From Fibrobacteria bacterium (GTDB lineage Bacteria > Fibrobacterota > Fibrobacteria > UBA11236): 59,190 bases of DNA. Below, one piece after another: positions 19,076 to 28,097 of the stretch. Location of the stretch: assembly GCA_041746255.1 (NCBI GenBank), contig JBGTHM010000064.1, forward strand, positions 1 to 59,190, written 5' to 3'. A program made the translations under genes and the position numbers. A model generated the notes under the pieces. The model ran no database searches and was not told where the DNA came from. It worked only from the letters and a program-made list of their open reading frames with translations. Position 1 is the stretch's first letter; each line of letters opens with the position of its first letter.

Positions 19076-19930
19076 ATGCCTAGGATGCGTATCCTAGCCT
19101 ACCTTCGCATTCCCGGAAATGTCATTTCATTTTCACTACGGCAGGCCCTGCGCTGGTCGAAGGGGCAACCGCGCTTGCCGAAGGAATCCCTGGAAAATCT
19201 TTTCAATTATCTGGGAGCGGAGGCGGCCTCCGCCGAAAACAGGGGCGCGATTCTGGAGGATCGGTATCACTTGCATGCATTACGCAAAGAGACGACCCGC
19301 GCGCTTTACCGGAAAAATCTCTACCTCCTCGATTTATTGGAAAAGGCATGCGAAGGATTGCCCCGGCAAACTCTTACAGGGCATAACACTATCGAAGCCC
19401 TGGACGTGGGTTCCCAAGATTGGCATTATGTATTCGCCCTGGAAAAATGGTTGCGTTTTAGGGACAGTGATACGGAATTGGATGTCCGGCTGCGTGGAAT
19501 CGAATTGGACGGCCATGGAATCTATTCCGACTTGCATTCCCGAAGCGATTATGCCCATGCCTATGCCGCTCAGACCGGAAATCCCGAAGTCACTTATGAG
19601 GTCGGCGATTTTCTCCGGCACAGGGGAGGGCCATACGACCTCCTGACGCTGTTCTACCCCTTTGTAACTCGACGCGCCTTACTGCTCTGGGGCCTGCCCT
19701 TGGCGTTTTTCAAACCCAATAATTTTTTGAAGCATGCTGCGGATTTGCTCCGGGTCGGAGGGCGCCTGGTGGTGTTGAACCACACCTCCGAAGAACATGA
19801 GCTTTTTATCAACCTCGGTGAGTCAACGCAAGCCTTCACGCTGCTGCGTGCCGGCCGAGCCGTAAGTAATCTGGTGGACTTTTATCAGGACGTAACTGAA
19901 CGCCGGTTCTCCCTTTGGGAAAGGGTTTAG
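19076..19930 (+). CDS. Class I SAM-dependent methyltransferase-like protein
   Basis: ALDVGS motif I, GIELD, GDFL, YDLLTLFYPF, LRVGGRL; start re-called to ATG 19076 so it does not overlap the divergent antiporter. Confidence 0.65.
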   Translation: MPRMRILAYLRIPGNVISFSLRQALRWSKGQPRLPKESLENLFNYLGAEAASAENRGAILEDRYHLHALRKETTRALYRKNLYLLDLLEKACEGLPRQTLTGHNTIEALDVGSQDWHYVFALEKWLRFRDSDTELDVRLRGIELDGHGIYSDLHSRSDYAHAYAAQTGNPEVTYEVGDFLRHRGGPYDLLTLFYPFVTRRALLLWGLPLAFFKPNNFLKHAADLLRVGGRLVVLNHTSEEHELFINLGESTQAFTLLRAGRAVSNLVDFYQDVTERRFSLWERV

Positions 19931-19959
19931 CCGGCTTCCATAACCGGCCCTAAGCTTTT

Positions 19960-20262
19960 CTAGAGTCGCGAAAAGGCTTTGGAAAGGTTTTCGATGCCTT
20001 TGGCCATTTGCTTCAGTGCCTTCTGAATAGCCACTTTCGAACCTTTGGATATCCCCGCAGCGGCAATACGGCCCGAACCGGGCTTCCGTCCTGGACGTCC
20101 CCGCTTTATGATTTTTCCATCATTTTTTATCCACCTGGAAATGGTTAAAGCGGAAACCTTAAACTCTTTCACAGCGGAGGTAAGTCCGCCCCTTCCTTTG
20201 GCCTTGACGAAGTCGACGACTTTTCTCTTATAATCTGCATCGTACCGGATTCCACGTTTCAA
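19960..20262 (-). CDS. Small basic HTH protein with AT-hook-like motif
   Basis: RYDADYKRKVV...TSAVKEFKVSALTISRW HTH, KRGRPGRKP motif, C-terminal amphipathic helix; TTG start with AAGGAG SD. Confidence 0.7.
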   Translation of the reverse strand: MKRGIRYDADYKRKVVDFVKAKGRGGLTSAVKEFKVSALTISRWIKNDGKIIKRGRPGRKPGSGRIAAAGISKGSKVAIQKALKQMAKGIENLSKAFSRL

Positions 20263-20392
20263 TTTATTTACTCCTTATTGGGAAAAACCATGCCTGTGTA
20301 GACAAGGGCAACAGGGCCCATTTTCGCTAAGGCCCGAAGTGATTTGGAAAAAATATAAAAGGTTTCAAGCACATTGCGATGATAAAAATCCT

Positions 20393-20734
20393 TCAGCCCT
20401 CCCAATTGGGCCGCTCGGCCCGCGAAATCGCCTCGGTCAACTCATCCACCTTATGGGTCCTTTCAGCTTTAAGGCCATGGGCCGCCGACAAAATAGCCTG
20501 CCCTACCAATGGACCGGAAAGCAGAAAGAGAAAGGCCGTCAAAAATCCACGGGCGCCGAATTCAAATGGAACCATCAATGCGGTAGAAATATGGATAAGC
20601 ACCGCAGCCAAACCGCCAACCACCGCTACCGCTTTGTAACGTAGATAAACATCCGGTAGCCTCCAAAGTCCGACAACACAAGCTACCGTGAGTATCAACC
20701 CAAGCAGGAGCATCGGGAATGAAATCCAATACAT
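20393..20734 (-). CDS. mrpG: Mrp antiporter subunit G (operon III, divergent)
   Basis: GLWRLPDVYLR, PLVGQAI; last gene of the A-G operon. Confidence 0.8.
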   Translation of the reverse strand: MYWISFPMLLLGLILTVACVVGLWRLPDVYLRYKAVAVVGGLAAVLIHISTALMVPFEFGARGFLTAFLFLLSGPLVGQAILSAAHGLKAERTHKVDELTEAISRAERPNWEG

Positions 20735-20735
20735 G

Positions 20736-20999
20736 CTACAGCACCTTGTTTCGAGTCAAGTATTTCGCCATAACCACCGTTGCGGCGAAAGAAACCAACG
20801 CCGTCAGAAGGGCGGCGTCGAAAAGCAGGTCGGTCTCGCCGTACACTCCCGCCACAGCCAAAATGAATGTGATGATATGCGTGGAAACACTGGCAGCTAC
20901 CAATCGATCCGACATTTCGGGGCCCTTAACCAGTTTCAAGGCGGTCATCAACACGCATAAGACCAGAATCGCAAGAGTTACCCATAGGAAGATGTTCAT
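20736..20999 (-). CDS. mrpF: Mrp antiporter subunit F (operon III)
   Basis: KGPEMSDRLVA, three TMs, AKYL C-terminus. Confidence 0.85.
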   Translation of the reverse strand: MNIFLWVTLAILVLCVLMTALKLVKGPEMSDRLVAASVSTHIITFILAVAGVYGETDLLFDAALLTALVSFAATVVMAKYLTRNKVL

Positions 21000-21505
21000 T
21001 TCGGGACCGCCTCCTTCACGAAATCATGATAGTGTTCCAGAAACGTTTTACGAGCCGACTCCATGTCCTGTCCATGCATGACATGTACGTAAAGAATGCC
21101 TCTGTCATCATCCACCGCCACCACCTGTTGATCAGGACTCATGGAAATTCCGATGGCCAAAAGCAATAATGCTTCTTTCGTGGCTCCCGGCGGAGCGACG
21201 GCAATGAGCATGGGATTAAGCTTTGGGCCTCGGCCCAGCGAAGCGCGGGCAACGAAAAATGCACCTTGTAAAAATCCAGGTATCACCACTTTAAACAAGT
21301 AACCAAACAGACTTTTTAGGCTAACTGTCAGCACTCCCCATTTCGTTTTCGTTCGGAGTTGGGAAAGGAACTCTCCCAATCCCCATGCGCTTAAAATCAC
21401 GATTATTCCCAGTAGCAAGGATTGGACGTCGAATTTTCCCACCAAGCTGAACCAGGTGAGGCTTCCCAATGCCAGCCAAAACAATAGTGATAAGCTTGCT
21501 TTCAT
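20996..21505 (-). CDS. mrpE: Mrp antiporter subunit E (operon III, divergent)
   Basis: ISMSPDQ (for ITLTPGT), LYVHVM; start re-called to the ATGA overlap at 21505. Confidence 0.75.
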   Translation of the reverse strand: MKASLSLLFWLALGSLTWFSLVGKFDVQSLLLGIIVILSAWGLGEFLSQLRTKTKWGVLTVSLKSLFGYLFKVVIPGFLQGAFFVARASLGRGPKLNPMLIAVAPPGATKEALLLLAIGISMSPDQQVVAVDDDRGILYVHVMHGQDMESARKTFLEHYHDFVKEAVPK

Positions 21506-22923
21506 CTTGCCCTCGGAATCGATGCTTGGGCCGCCGCTTCGGCCCATTTCAATGTGGGTTGCGCATAAAAAAACAGGAGCAAGACCATTGCGGCCAAAAA
21601 TACAACGGAGAAGATATTGCTAAAACTCAGTTTTGCGGGTAAAGCATGGATTTCACCCGATTTCCAAAACAAATGCTGGTAAACGCGCATACCGTAAACC
21701 AAAGTCAACAGGGTACCTACCACCGCCCCGGCAATCCAAATCCATTCGGCAGCGGCTACGCCTGCCTGGAACAAGGATAGCTTGGCAACGAATCCCGCGG
21801 CGGGCGGTAATCCCACCAACGAGATGATTCCGAGAAAAAATGCGGCGTTTAAATAAGGAGATCGACTTCCGGATCCGGTTAAGGGAGCAAGCAAGGTGGT
21901 ACTACAACGTTTTCCGAGTATCCCCGTTACGGCAAAAAGTAAAGACTTGGAAACAGAATGGGCCGCTACATAGAAAATGGCCGCGGTAACACTGGCCTGG
22001 GTTCCCCAAGCAATTCCTAACACGATGAAACCGAGCTGACTGGTCGAGGAATACCCCAACAGCCTTTTCGCATCCTGTGTCCCTCCCGCCGCCAAGGCTC
22101 CAAAAAATAGGGAGGACGCTCCCACGGCGAGAAGAATCCAGCGAAGGGAATCGTCGAATAGTATGGGCCAGATGCGGATGATTCCAAATAGACCCACGTT
22201 AATCAATACACCAGCCAGAATTATACTGCCCGAAGTGGTCGCACCAGCGTGGGCGTCGGGCTGCCACACGTGAAAGGGGAACAGAGCTGCTTTAGTCAAC
22301 AATGCGAATAGGAAGAACGGCGCCAACCATAAAGCGGATCCCGGCTCTAGACGGGCATGGATGTCCGTCATATTAAGCGAGCCGGTAAAGCCATAGAGAA
22401 AGGCCGTACCCGCCAAAAGCATAATGGATGCCAAAATGCTCAATACGGCGTATTTCCATGCAGCCTCCAACGGATTATGGCTTCCCATGGCCACGAGCAG
22501 GTACGAAGATATCGCCAGCAACTCAAAGAAGACGTAGAAATTGAAAAAATCTCCCGTGATGTACAATCCGTTCAGCGAGAGCAGTAATAATGGGAAGGAG
22601 AGATGGTAGACGAAGCGGCCTCCCAATCCCTTACCGTTTTCCATACCCAGGTGATAGGCCGATGCGGCGATGAAAATGACGGCCGTTAACACCAGGAAAA
22701 ATTTCGACAAGGCGTCAACTCCGAGTTCGATTCCCAACGGAGGCGCCCATCCACCCGAAGCGTATCCTTCTGCCGGCGCCGCGAGTATGGTCACGCCGAA
22801 GTTAAGCAGCGACATTCCCAAAAAAATCCAGGCACGCACAAGCGCATATCGATAGCAGGCCGACATCGCAAGCGCCGATAATATCGGCAAACACAATAAT
22901 AAAGGGATGCTTAATGTTTCCAT
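21502..22923 (-). CDS. mrpD: Mrp antiporter subunit D (operon III)
   Basis: GGWAPPLGI, GDFFNFYVFFEL, KAALFPFHVWQP, GFVAK. Confidence 0.9.
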   Translation of the reverse strand: METLSIPLLLCLPILSALAMSACYRYALVRAWIFLGMSLLNFGVTILAAPAEGYASGGWAPPLGIELGVDALSKFFLVLTAVIFIAASAYHLGMENGKGLGGRFVYHLSFPLLLLSLNGLYITGDFFNFYVFFELLAISSYLLVAMGSHNPLEAAWKYAVLSILASIMLLAGTAFLYGFTGSLNMTDIHARLEPGSALWLAPFFLFALLTKAALFPFHVWQPDAHAGATTSGSIILAGVLINVGLFGIIRIWPILFDDSLRWILLAVGASSLFFGALAAGGTQDAKRLLGYSSTSQLGFIVLGIAWGTQASVTAAIFYVAAHSVSKSLLFAVTGILGKRCSTTLLAPLTGSGSRSPYLNAAFFLGIISLVGLPPAAGFVAKLSLFQAGVAAAEWIWIAGAVVGTLLTLVYGMRVYQHLFWKSGEIHALPAKLSFSNIFSVVFLAAMVLLLFFYAQPTLKWAEAAAQASIPRAR

Positions 22924-23243
22924 TCCGACATCACCTTCTCATCGAGCGAGCCTTTATCCTTCGCCAATCGAGCTGTCAACAGGAGCAAAAAAGTGGAAAT
23001 TCCAAATCCTATCACGATGGCAGTCAGCACCATGGCCTGCACGAGCGGATCCACGTAGGGTTTAGATAGTTGCCCCAACGGCGCATTGGCCTGAGGTATA
23101 ACCACTACGGAAAGCACCAGAAGATTCAACGCGTTAAAAAGGATGTAAATACCGACTACCATGCGAATCATATCCCGCCCCAACAGGTGAAAAACACCGA
23201 CGGTAACTACCACGGCCACCGTCACTGCATATCCCATCGTCAC
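22911..23243 (-). CDS. mrpC: Mrp antiporter subunit C (operon III)
   Basis: DPLVQAMVLTAIVIGFG. Confidence 0.9.
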   Translation of the reverse strand: MTMGYAVTVAVVVTVGVFHLLGRDMIRMVVGIYILFNALNLLVLSVVVIPQANAPLGQLSKPYVDPLVQAMVLTAIVIGFGISTFLLLLTARLAKDKGSLDEKVMSEWKH

Positions 23244-23656
23244 GGTTCAACCTCCTGCGAACTGACGAGAAAGGTCAATGTTCCTCCTCCCACCATCATG
23301 AAAATCGCCAGGTCGAAAAACAAAGTGCTGGAAAATCCTCTCCCGAAAAATGGAACAGTAAATGACTGCAATAACCTTCCATCCGGCAGAAGGAAAATGG
23401 GGAGCAACATCAATACCCATAGGAAAAAAGCTCCCGCACCGAGGCAAATATGGAAGATTTTATCCGGTATTTTTTTAGAAGCCATTCGGTATCCCAGCAC
23501 GGAATACCATAACATGAGGGTTACCAGCATAAGAATTCCGGCTGTGAATCCGTCTCCCGGTATCTCATTGGCGTAGAGTATATGCTGCCAGGCGATGATC
23601 CAACTCACCCCCAGAATGACGTTCGCGGAGAAGCGCGCAAGGATGTTGTCCATCAT
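23240..23656 (-). CDS. mrpB: Mrp antiporter subunit B (operon III)
   Basis: PGDGFTAG, LFFDLAIF; start re-called to the ATGA overlap with the mrpA stop. Confidence 0.85.
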   Translation of the reverse strand: MMDNILARFSANVILGVSWIIAWQHILYANEIPGDGFTAGILMLVTLMLWYSVLGYRMASKKIPDKIFHICLGAGAFFLWVLMLLPIFLLPDGRLLQSFTVPFFGRGFSSTLFFDLAIFMMVGGGTLTFLVSSQEVEP

Positions 23657-25998
23657 CGGGCCCTCTTTCTCTTCCAAAACAAACCCGCGGCCGCCATGGT
23701 GGCTGTGCCGAAGATTACAATTTCAATGACGGTATCCAGCGAGCGGAAATCCGTCAATATGGCCGCCACGAAATCCGGCTTCGCCACGCTCAAACTGAGA
23801 TTGGCCAATTCCGGTCCGACGCCATTGTCCGGAAAAGCGCCCCCGGCGAAATATGTCCCTGCTCCGAGTATCACCCCTACCCCGAGGGCAATCCCCCATT
23901 TCTTGAGGTTCCTCATGCCTTCAAATTCCATCGTGCTTTTGATGGGATCGACTTTTGTGCTCAAAATCAAGGCCAATACAATGGATACGGTTGCCAGTGT
24001 TTCCACCAACACTTGAGCTATGGCGACGTTGGGGGCTTTCATCAATACGAATACTCCCGAAAGCATGAACCCCAACACCGACAGCAACATGGCCAGAGCA
24101 AGATGATGCTTCAGGAAAAGCGAAGCCACGCTTAACACGCATACTCCTGCAAGTAGCAACGTCGACTCTCCCAGCCAGGGAATAGCACTTGGGTAAGCTT
24201 CGGGGAAAGGCGCCAGGTACCACACAATGGCCGTTTTAACCACGAGAATCCCCAAAACCCACCGCAGGTAAAATCCCAGACTTCCTCCGTGAACGCTTAA
24301 CGCCATACGGGACAAACCGAAGTAGGCCTTAACCGCGTAATTTCCTCCCATATGAAAATGTAGCGGTATGCGAGTCCACAATTTGTAGGGAACATGTCCG
24401 CGCTTCCAGAAAATCCAAAGTACCAGTCCCAAGGATATGACCAACAAGCTGGCAAATAGGATAAAGCTGAATTCCAATTCGACGGCCATGGGCTCGGGAT
24501 GCCTCAAGGTGCCAGCTATGGCGGGATTGATGATTTGTGTATTCATCCAATTGGGAAAGAGGCTGGTTAAGAGTGCAGCCCCAGCCAGGAGTATCATTGG
24601 CGCGGCCATCGTCCTCGGGAGAGGCATACCGACGCCATCGTCGCCTGGACCGAAAAATATCTGATTTAAAAACCGCAGCATGTAAAGCAGTGAAAACAAG
24701 CCTCCTAACAACATGGCCCCGAATAAAACCCAGGATCTATTTTCCATGGCCGCGTAGAGTAATTCTTCCTTGTAATAGAATCCGCCCATAATGGGCACAC
24801 CTCCCAGTGAAAGTCCGAGCAGAAATCCTCCTACGGCTAACACCTTATGGGTACGCCCCATACCGCCCACCTGATCCAGCTCTTTAAGCCCCGTCAGATA
24901 GGTAACCGATCCCGCCACCAGGAAAAGTCCGGCCTTGATGAAGGAGTGCACGAAGAACGCATACAGCGCGGCTTTCACACCGGTTACCGTAGCGAGACCG
25001 AACCCGATGAACATGAATGCATATTGACTGATGGTGGAATAGGCCAGCAGTGCCTTGATTTTGGTTTGACGAACGGCGAGAAGTCCGATATAGGCGACTC
25101 CCGCCACTCCCGGCACCACCAACAGGTATTCCCAAGCAACGGCAGTATGCAACAAGGGAAAGAAGCGCGCGATAAGGTATACACCCGCTGCCACCAGCGC
25201 GGAAGAATGCAAAAACGCGCTGACCGGTGTAGGAGCTATCATTGCGCCCGGTAACCAGCTGGAAAAGGGAAACTGGGCGCTTTTCGCCAGGGCTCCGATC
25301 AAAATCAGGATCGTCGTTATTTCCAGTAAAATACCGTTGGGCGCATTTCCATTTACCAAAGCGGAGAGACTCCAATGATTCATGTTAGTGCCCAGTAAAA
25401 GAAAACCAACCAGCATCGCCACACCGCCCGCAACCGTTATGGCCCAGGCCCTAAACGCCCCTTCGCGCGCCTCGGCGTGATGGGCCCAATAGCCGATAAG
25501 CATATAGGACGCCAGGCCGGTCGCTTCCCAAAAAAGGTAAAGTTGCAGGAGGTTTCCGGCGGAAACCACCCCCAGCATGGAGCCCGTAAAAAGACACATC
25601 AGGGCGTAAAAGGCGCTTTCGCTGCGTTGCGAATGCTCATGGTCATTCGCATGCGGAAGATACCTCCGCGCGAAAAGCACCACCGTCACCGCAATCCAAC
25701 TGACCAAAATCGCGAACATGGCCGACAACCCGTCGCGCGCGATGAGCAAGTCCAGGCCCAATGCAGGTATCCATGTCTGGCGCCAAATGGTTGCGAAATC
25801 GCCGTTCGCGGGAAGTAAAACCAGAGAAGCCGTGAGGGCCAAGGCGGAGAGTGACAAAGCCGGTAAAGCCAGATTCTTCGCTACACTGTCCCACCTACGG
25901 GGCCATAGGGCGAGCCCTATCCCCGTAGCAAAGGGTAACAGAAACGAGACTAGCCAGAGCCTGTGGGCAGCGGACGTAACTTCAAGCGCATCCATCAT
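23653..25998 (-). CDS. mrpA: Mrp antiporter subunit A (NuoL-like plus C-terminal MrpA domain; operon III)
   Basis: WIPALGL, YLFWEAT, KSAQFPF, APTPVSAFLHS, APNVAIAQVLVET, DFRSLDTVIE. Confidence 0.92.
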   Translation of the reverse strand: MMDALEVTSAAHRLWLVSFLLPFATGIGLALWPRRWDSVAKNLALPALSLSALALTASLVLLPANGDFATIWRQTWIPALGLDLLIARDGLSAMFAILVSWIAVTVVLFARRYLPHANDHEHSQRSESAFYALMCLFTGSMLGVVSAGNLLQLYLFWEATGLASYMLIGYWAHHAEAREGAFRAWAITVAGGVAMLVGFLLLGTNMNHWSLSALVNGNAPNGILLEITTILILIGALAKSAQFPFSSWLPGAMIAPTPVSAFLHSSALVAAGVYLIARFFPLLHTAVAWEYLLVVPGVAGVAYIGLLAVRQTKIKALLAYSTISQYAFMFIGFGLATVTGVKAALYAFFVHSFIKAGLFLVAGSVTYLTGLKELDQVGGMGRTHKVLAVGGFLLGLSLGGVPIMGGFYYKEELLYAAMENRSWVLFGAMLLGGLFSLLYMLRFLNQIFFGPGDDGVGMPLPRTMAAPMILLAGAALLTSLFPNWMNTQIINPAIAGTLRHPEPMAVELEFSFILFASLLVISLGLVLWIFWKRGHVPYKLWTRIPLHFHMGGNYAVKAYFGLSRMALSVHGGSLGFYLRWVLGILVVKTAIVWYLAPFPEAYPSAIPWLGESTLLLAGVCVLSVASLFLKHHLALAMLLSVLGFMLSGVFVLMKAPNVAIAQVLVETLATVSIVLALILSTKVDPIKSTMEFEGMRNLKKWGIALGVGVILGAGTYFAGGAFPDNGVGPELANLSLSVAKPDFVAAILTDFRSLDTVIEIVIFGTATMAAAGLFWKRKRAR

Positions 25999-26071
25999 CC
26001 GGGTAAACCTTGTGAGTTTACGGTAAGATAATTTTTACGGCAGGGTGGGGATATCTAAATCGGAAGCGCTT

Positions 26072-27850
26072 TCATAAGAGGTAGAGAAGTACGATGAATA
26101 TCAGGGAAACCCCTCCGCTAAGGCCCAAGGGCATGGCGAAGTTACGGAAGTTGCGCCCAAGGTTTTCACGGCGCTTTTGGACAGATTCTTGCGTCAAACC
26201 GGCCATTCCCCACAAAATTTCGAGCAAAGCAAACAGCAATCCCCTCACGGCAATAACTATACCCAACGCAAGGGTTTTGAGGGCCGACGAAGCCAAGCCA
26301 CCCAGGGGCGCCAACAGCGCGGCCCATGCAACTGAAACTAGGCGCATCCCCGCCCGCCGGTAAAACCAATCCACATCAAGTATGACAGCGCTCCCTTGTT
26401 CCCGGAAAAGACCTTTGCCATAAAGAAATGCTGCTAGTATCGCAACAAAAATCAATAGTTGAAATTGGGTAAGCAAGTGATCGGCGGTATAAGGCTGGTA
26501 TGTAGCCTGAAAAGGCAAGAAGCGATAGAGCAGGGAGGGCGCTATACCGTGAAGCAGGCAAATTGCGGCTGCAAGTCCCATACCCGTCAACATTGGCCAA
26601 GGCGCTTCAGTAACTACCTCGGGGTGATGCGACCGACGTGGCCCGAAAAAGGTGGCGGTTATCAGACGGATGCCCGCAGTGAGGAACACACCGGCGGAAG
26701 CCGCCGTCAAAGCCAACCATAACCAGGAAACCTGCTCCTTACCAGCTGCGCTAATCACCATGGATTTGCTGATGAAACCATTGGTGAAGGGGAAGGCGGA
26801 AATGGATGCGGCGCCCACCATACAGAAAACCGCCGTAACCGGCATGGAACGGAACAGCCCGCCCAACTTGGAGGCGTCAGCCGTTCCCGTACGGTATATC
26901 ACCGCGCCAATCGCCATGAAGAGGACGGCGTCATAGAGAATATGACTAAAGGCATGCGCAGCCACGCCGTTCAAAGCGAGCTCCCCACCCAAACCCACAC
27001 CCGCCACCATGAATCCTACCTGATTGATAATGATATAACTGAGCAGACGGCGCATGTCGTTCACGGTCGCGGCATAGAACAAGGGAAACAGCGCCATCAC
27101 CGCCCCGACTACCATTAAGATTTCTGTTCCGGGAAAAGTCCGCCACAAAGCATATACCGCCACCTTGGTGGTAATCCCGGCCAGAAAAACCGCTCCGCCA
27201 ATTGATGCGGCGGGGTAAGCATCCACCACCCAAACATGAAAAAGTGGAAACGCGGCGTTCACTCCCATTCCGATTAGAATAAGCCAAGCCGCCGGCCCTT
27301 GTAGGGAAAGTAGGGTCAATTCAGCACTACCAGTCTCGGCAAGGTGCAGTAGAATTCCCGCCAGTAATACCAACCCTCCCAGAACATGGATGAGAGCGTA
27401 GCGAAATGCCGCCGCCTGCGAGGAACGCCTTCCGCCCGCGAGAATAGGGCCTAGGGCGCCGAGAGTCAACAACTCCCAGAATGCGAAGAAAGTGAGCCAG
27501 TCGCCAACAAAGACAAGGCCTACCGCCGCGCCAGTATAGAACAGTCCGGAAGCGAATTCGAAATTACGCCGAAATGTCCAGAGGTAAAGCGAGCCCAAAA
27601 GCGCCACGATGTGAAAGACGGTTCCGAAGAGGCGCGCCATGGCATCGACTCGGACAAAGGTGAGCGTCCATTCCAGAAAGCCGACTTGAAAGTAATGTCC
27701 CTCGGGCAAGGCCCAGAGGTTCCATAATCCCCAAACCGGTATGCCAAGCAGTAAGGGCAGCTTCGCCTTTCCAGGTACCAGAAAAACCAGCAAGGCGCCC
27801 ATCCATAAAATAACCGCGGGTGGAAAAAGGAGAAGATTAGTCATCTTCAC
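26072..27850 (-). CDS. Mrp D-type antiporter-like subunit D3 (operon II, terminal)
   Basis: FAFWEL, FHVWVVDAYP, TTKVAVY, NDMRRLLSY, GFISKS; start may be ATG 27844. Confidence 0.88.
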   Translation of the reverse strand: MKMTNLLLFPPAVILWMGALLVFLVPGKAKLPLLLGIPVWGLWNLWALPEGHYFQVGFLEWTLTFVRVDAMARLFGTVFHIVALLGSLYLWTFRRNFEFASGLFYTGAAVGLVFVGDWLTFFAFWELLTLGALGPILAGGRRSSQAAAFRYALIHVLGGLVLLAGILLHLAETGSAELTLLSLQGPAAWLILIGMGVNAAFPLFHVWVVDAYPAASIGGAVFLAGITTKVAVYALWRTFPGTEILMVVGAVMALFPLFYAATVNDMRRLLSYIIINQVGFMVAGVGLGGELALNGVAAHAFSHILYDAVLFMAIGAVIYRTGTADASKLGGLFRSMPVTAVFCMVGAASISAFPFTNGFISKSMVISAAGKEQVSWLWLALTAASAGVFLTAGIRLITATFFGPRRSHHPEVVTEAPWPMLTGMGLAAAICLLHGIAPSLLYRFLPFQATYQPYTADHLLTQFQLLIFVAILAAFLYGKGLFREQGSAVILDVDWFYRRAGMRLVSVAWAALLAPLGGLASSALKTLALGIVIAVRGLLFALLEILWGMAGLTQESVQKRRENLGRNFRNFAMPLGLSGGVSLIFIVLLYLL

Positions 27851-28097
27851 CCTCCCCGTAATAATCTAACGGGCGTCGTAAGGCACGGCCTAGCACCATG
27901 CGACCCAAAAGCAAAACCAATAATGCCGCTATCAATCCCAACCAGCCGTGGAAACCCATCAGGGTTTCAATTGAGAAGTAAGCATGCCGGTGCACAGCCA
28001 ATTCGGCCAGGAAAATCAGGGCCGCTGCCAGGACGAGAATCACCTGTATCTTCTTAATCGCCTTGCCGTTAGTTTGAAAAGCACGCTTCGTTTTCAT
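27837..28097 (-). CDS. Small two-TM accessory protein of Mrp operon II
   Basis: HRHAYF.IE...GFHGW.G...RRPLDYY; ATGA overlap with D2; start re-called to 28097. Confidence 0.75.
   Translation of the reverse strand: MKTKRAFQTNGKAIKKIQVILVLAAALIFLAELAVHRHAYFSIETLMGFHGWLGLIAALLVLLLGRMVLGRALRRPLDYYGEGEDD

Noticed and set aside
19960..20262. IS3-family OrfA / IS remnant
   Set aside because: No integrase-core ORF, frameshift site or terminal repeats seen nearby.
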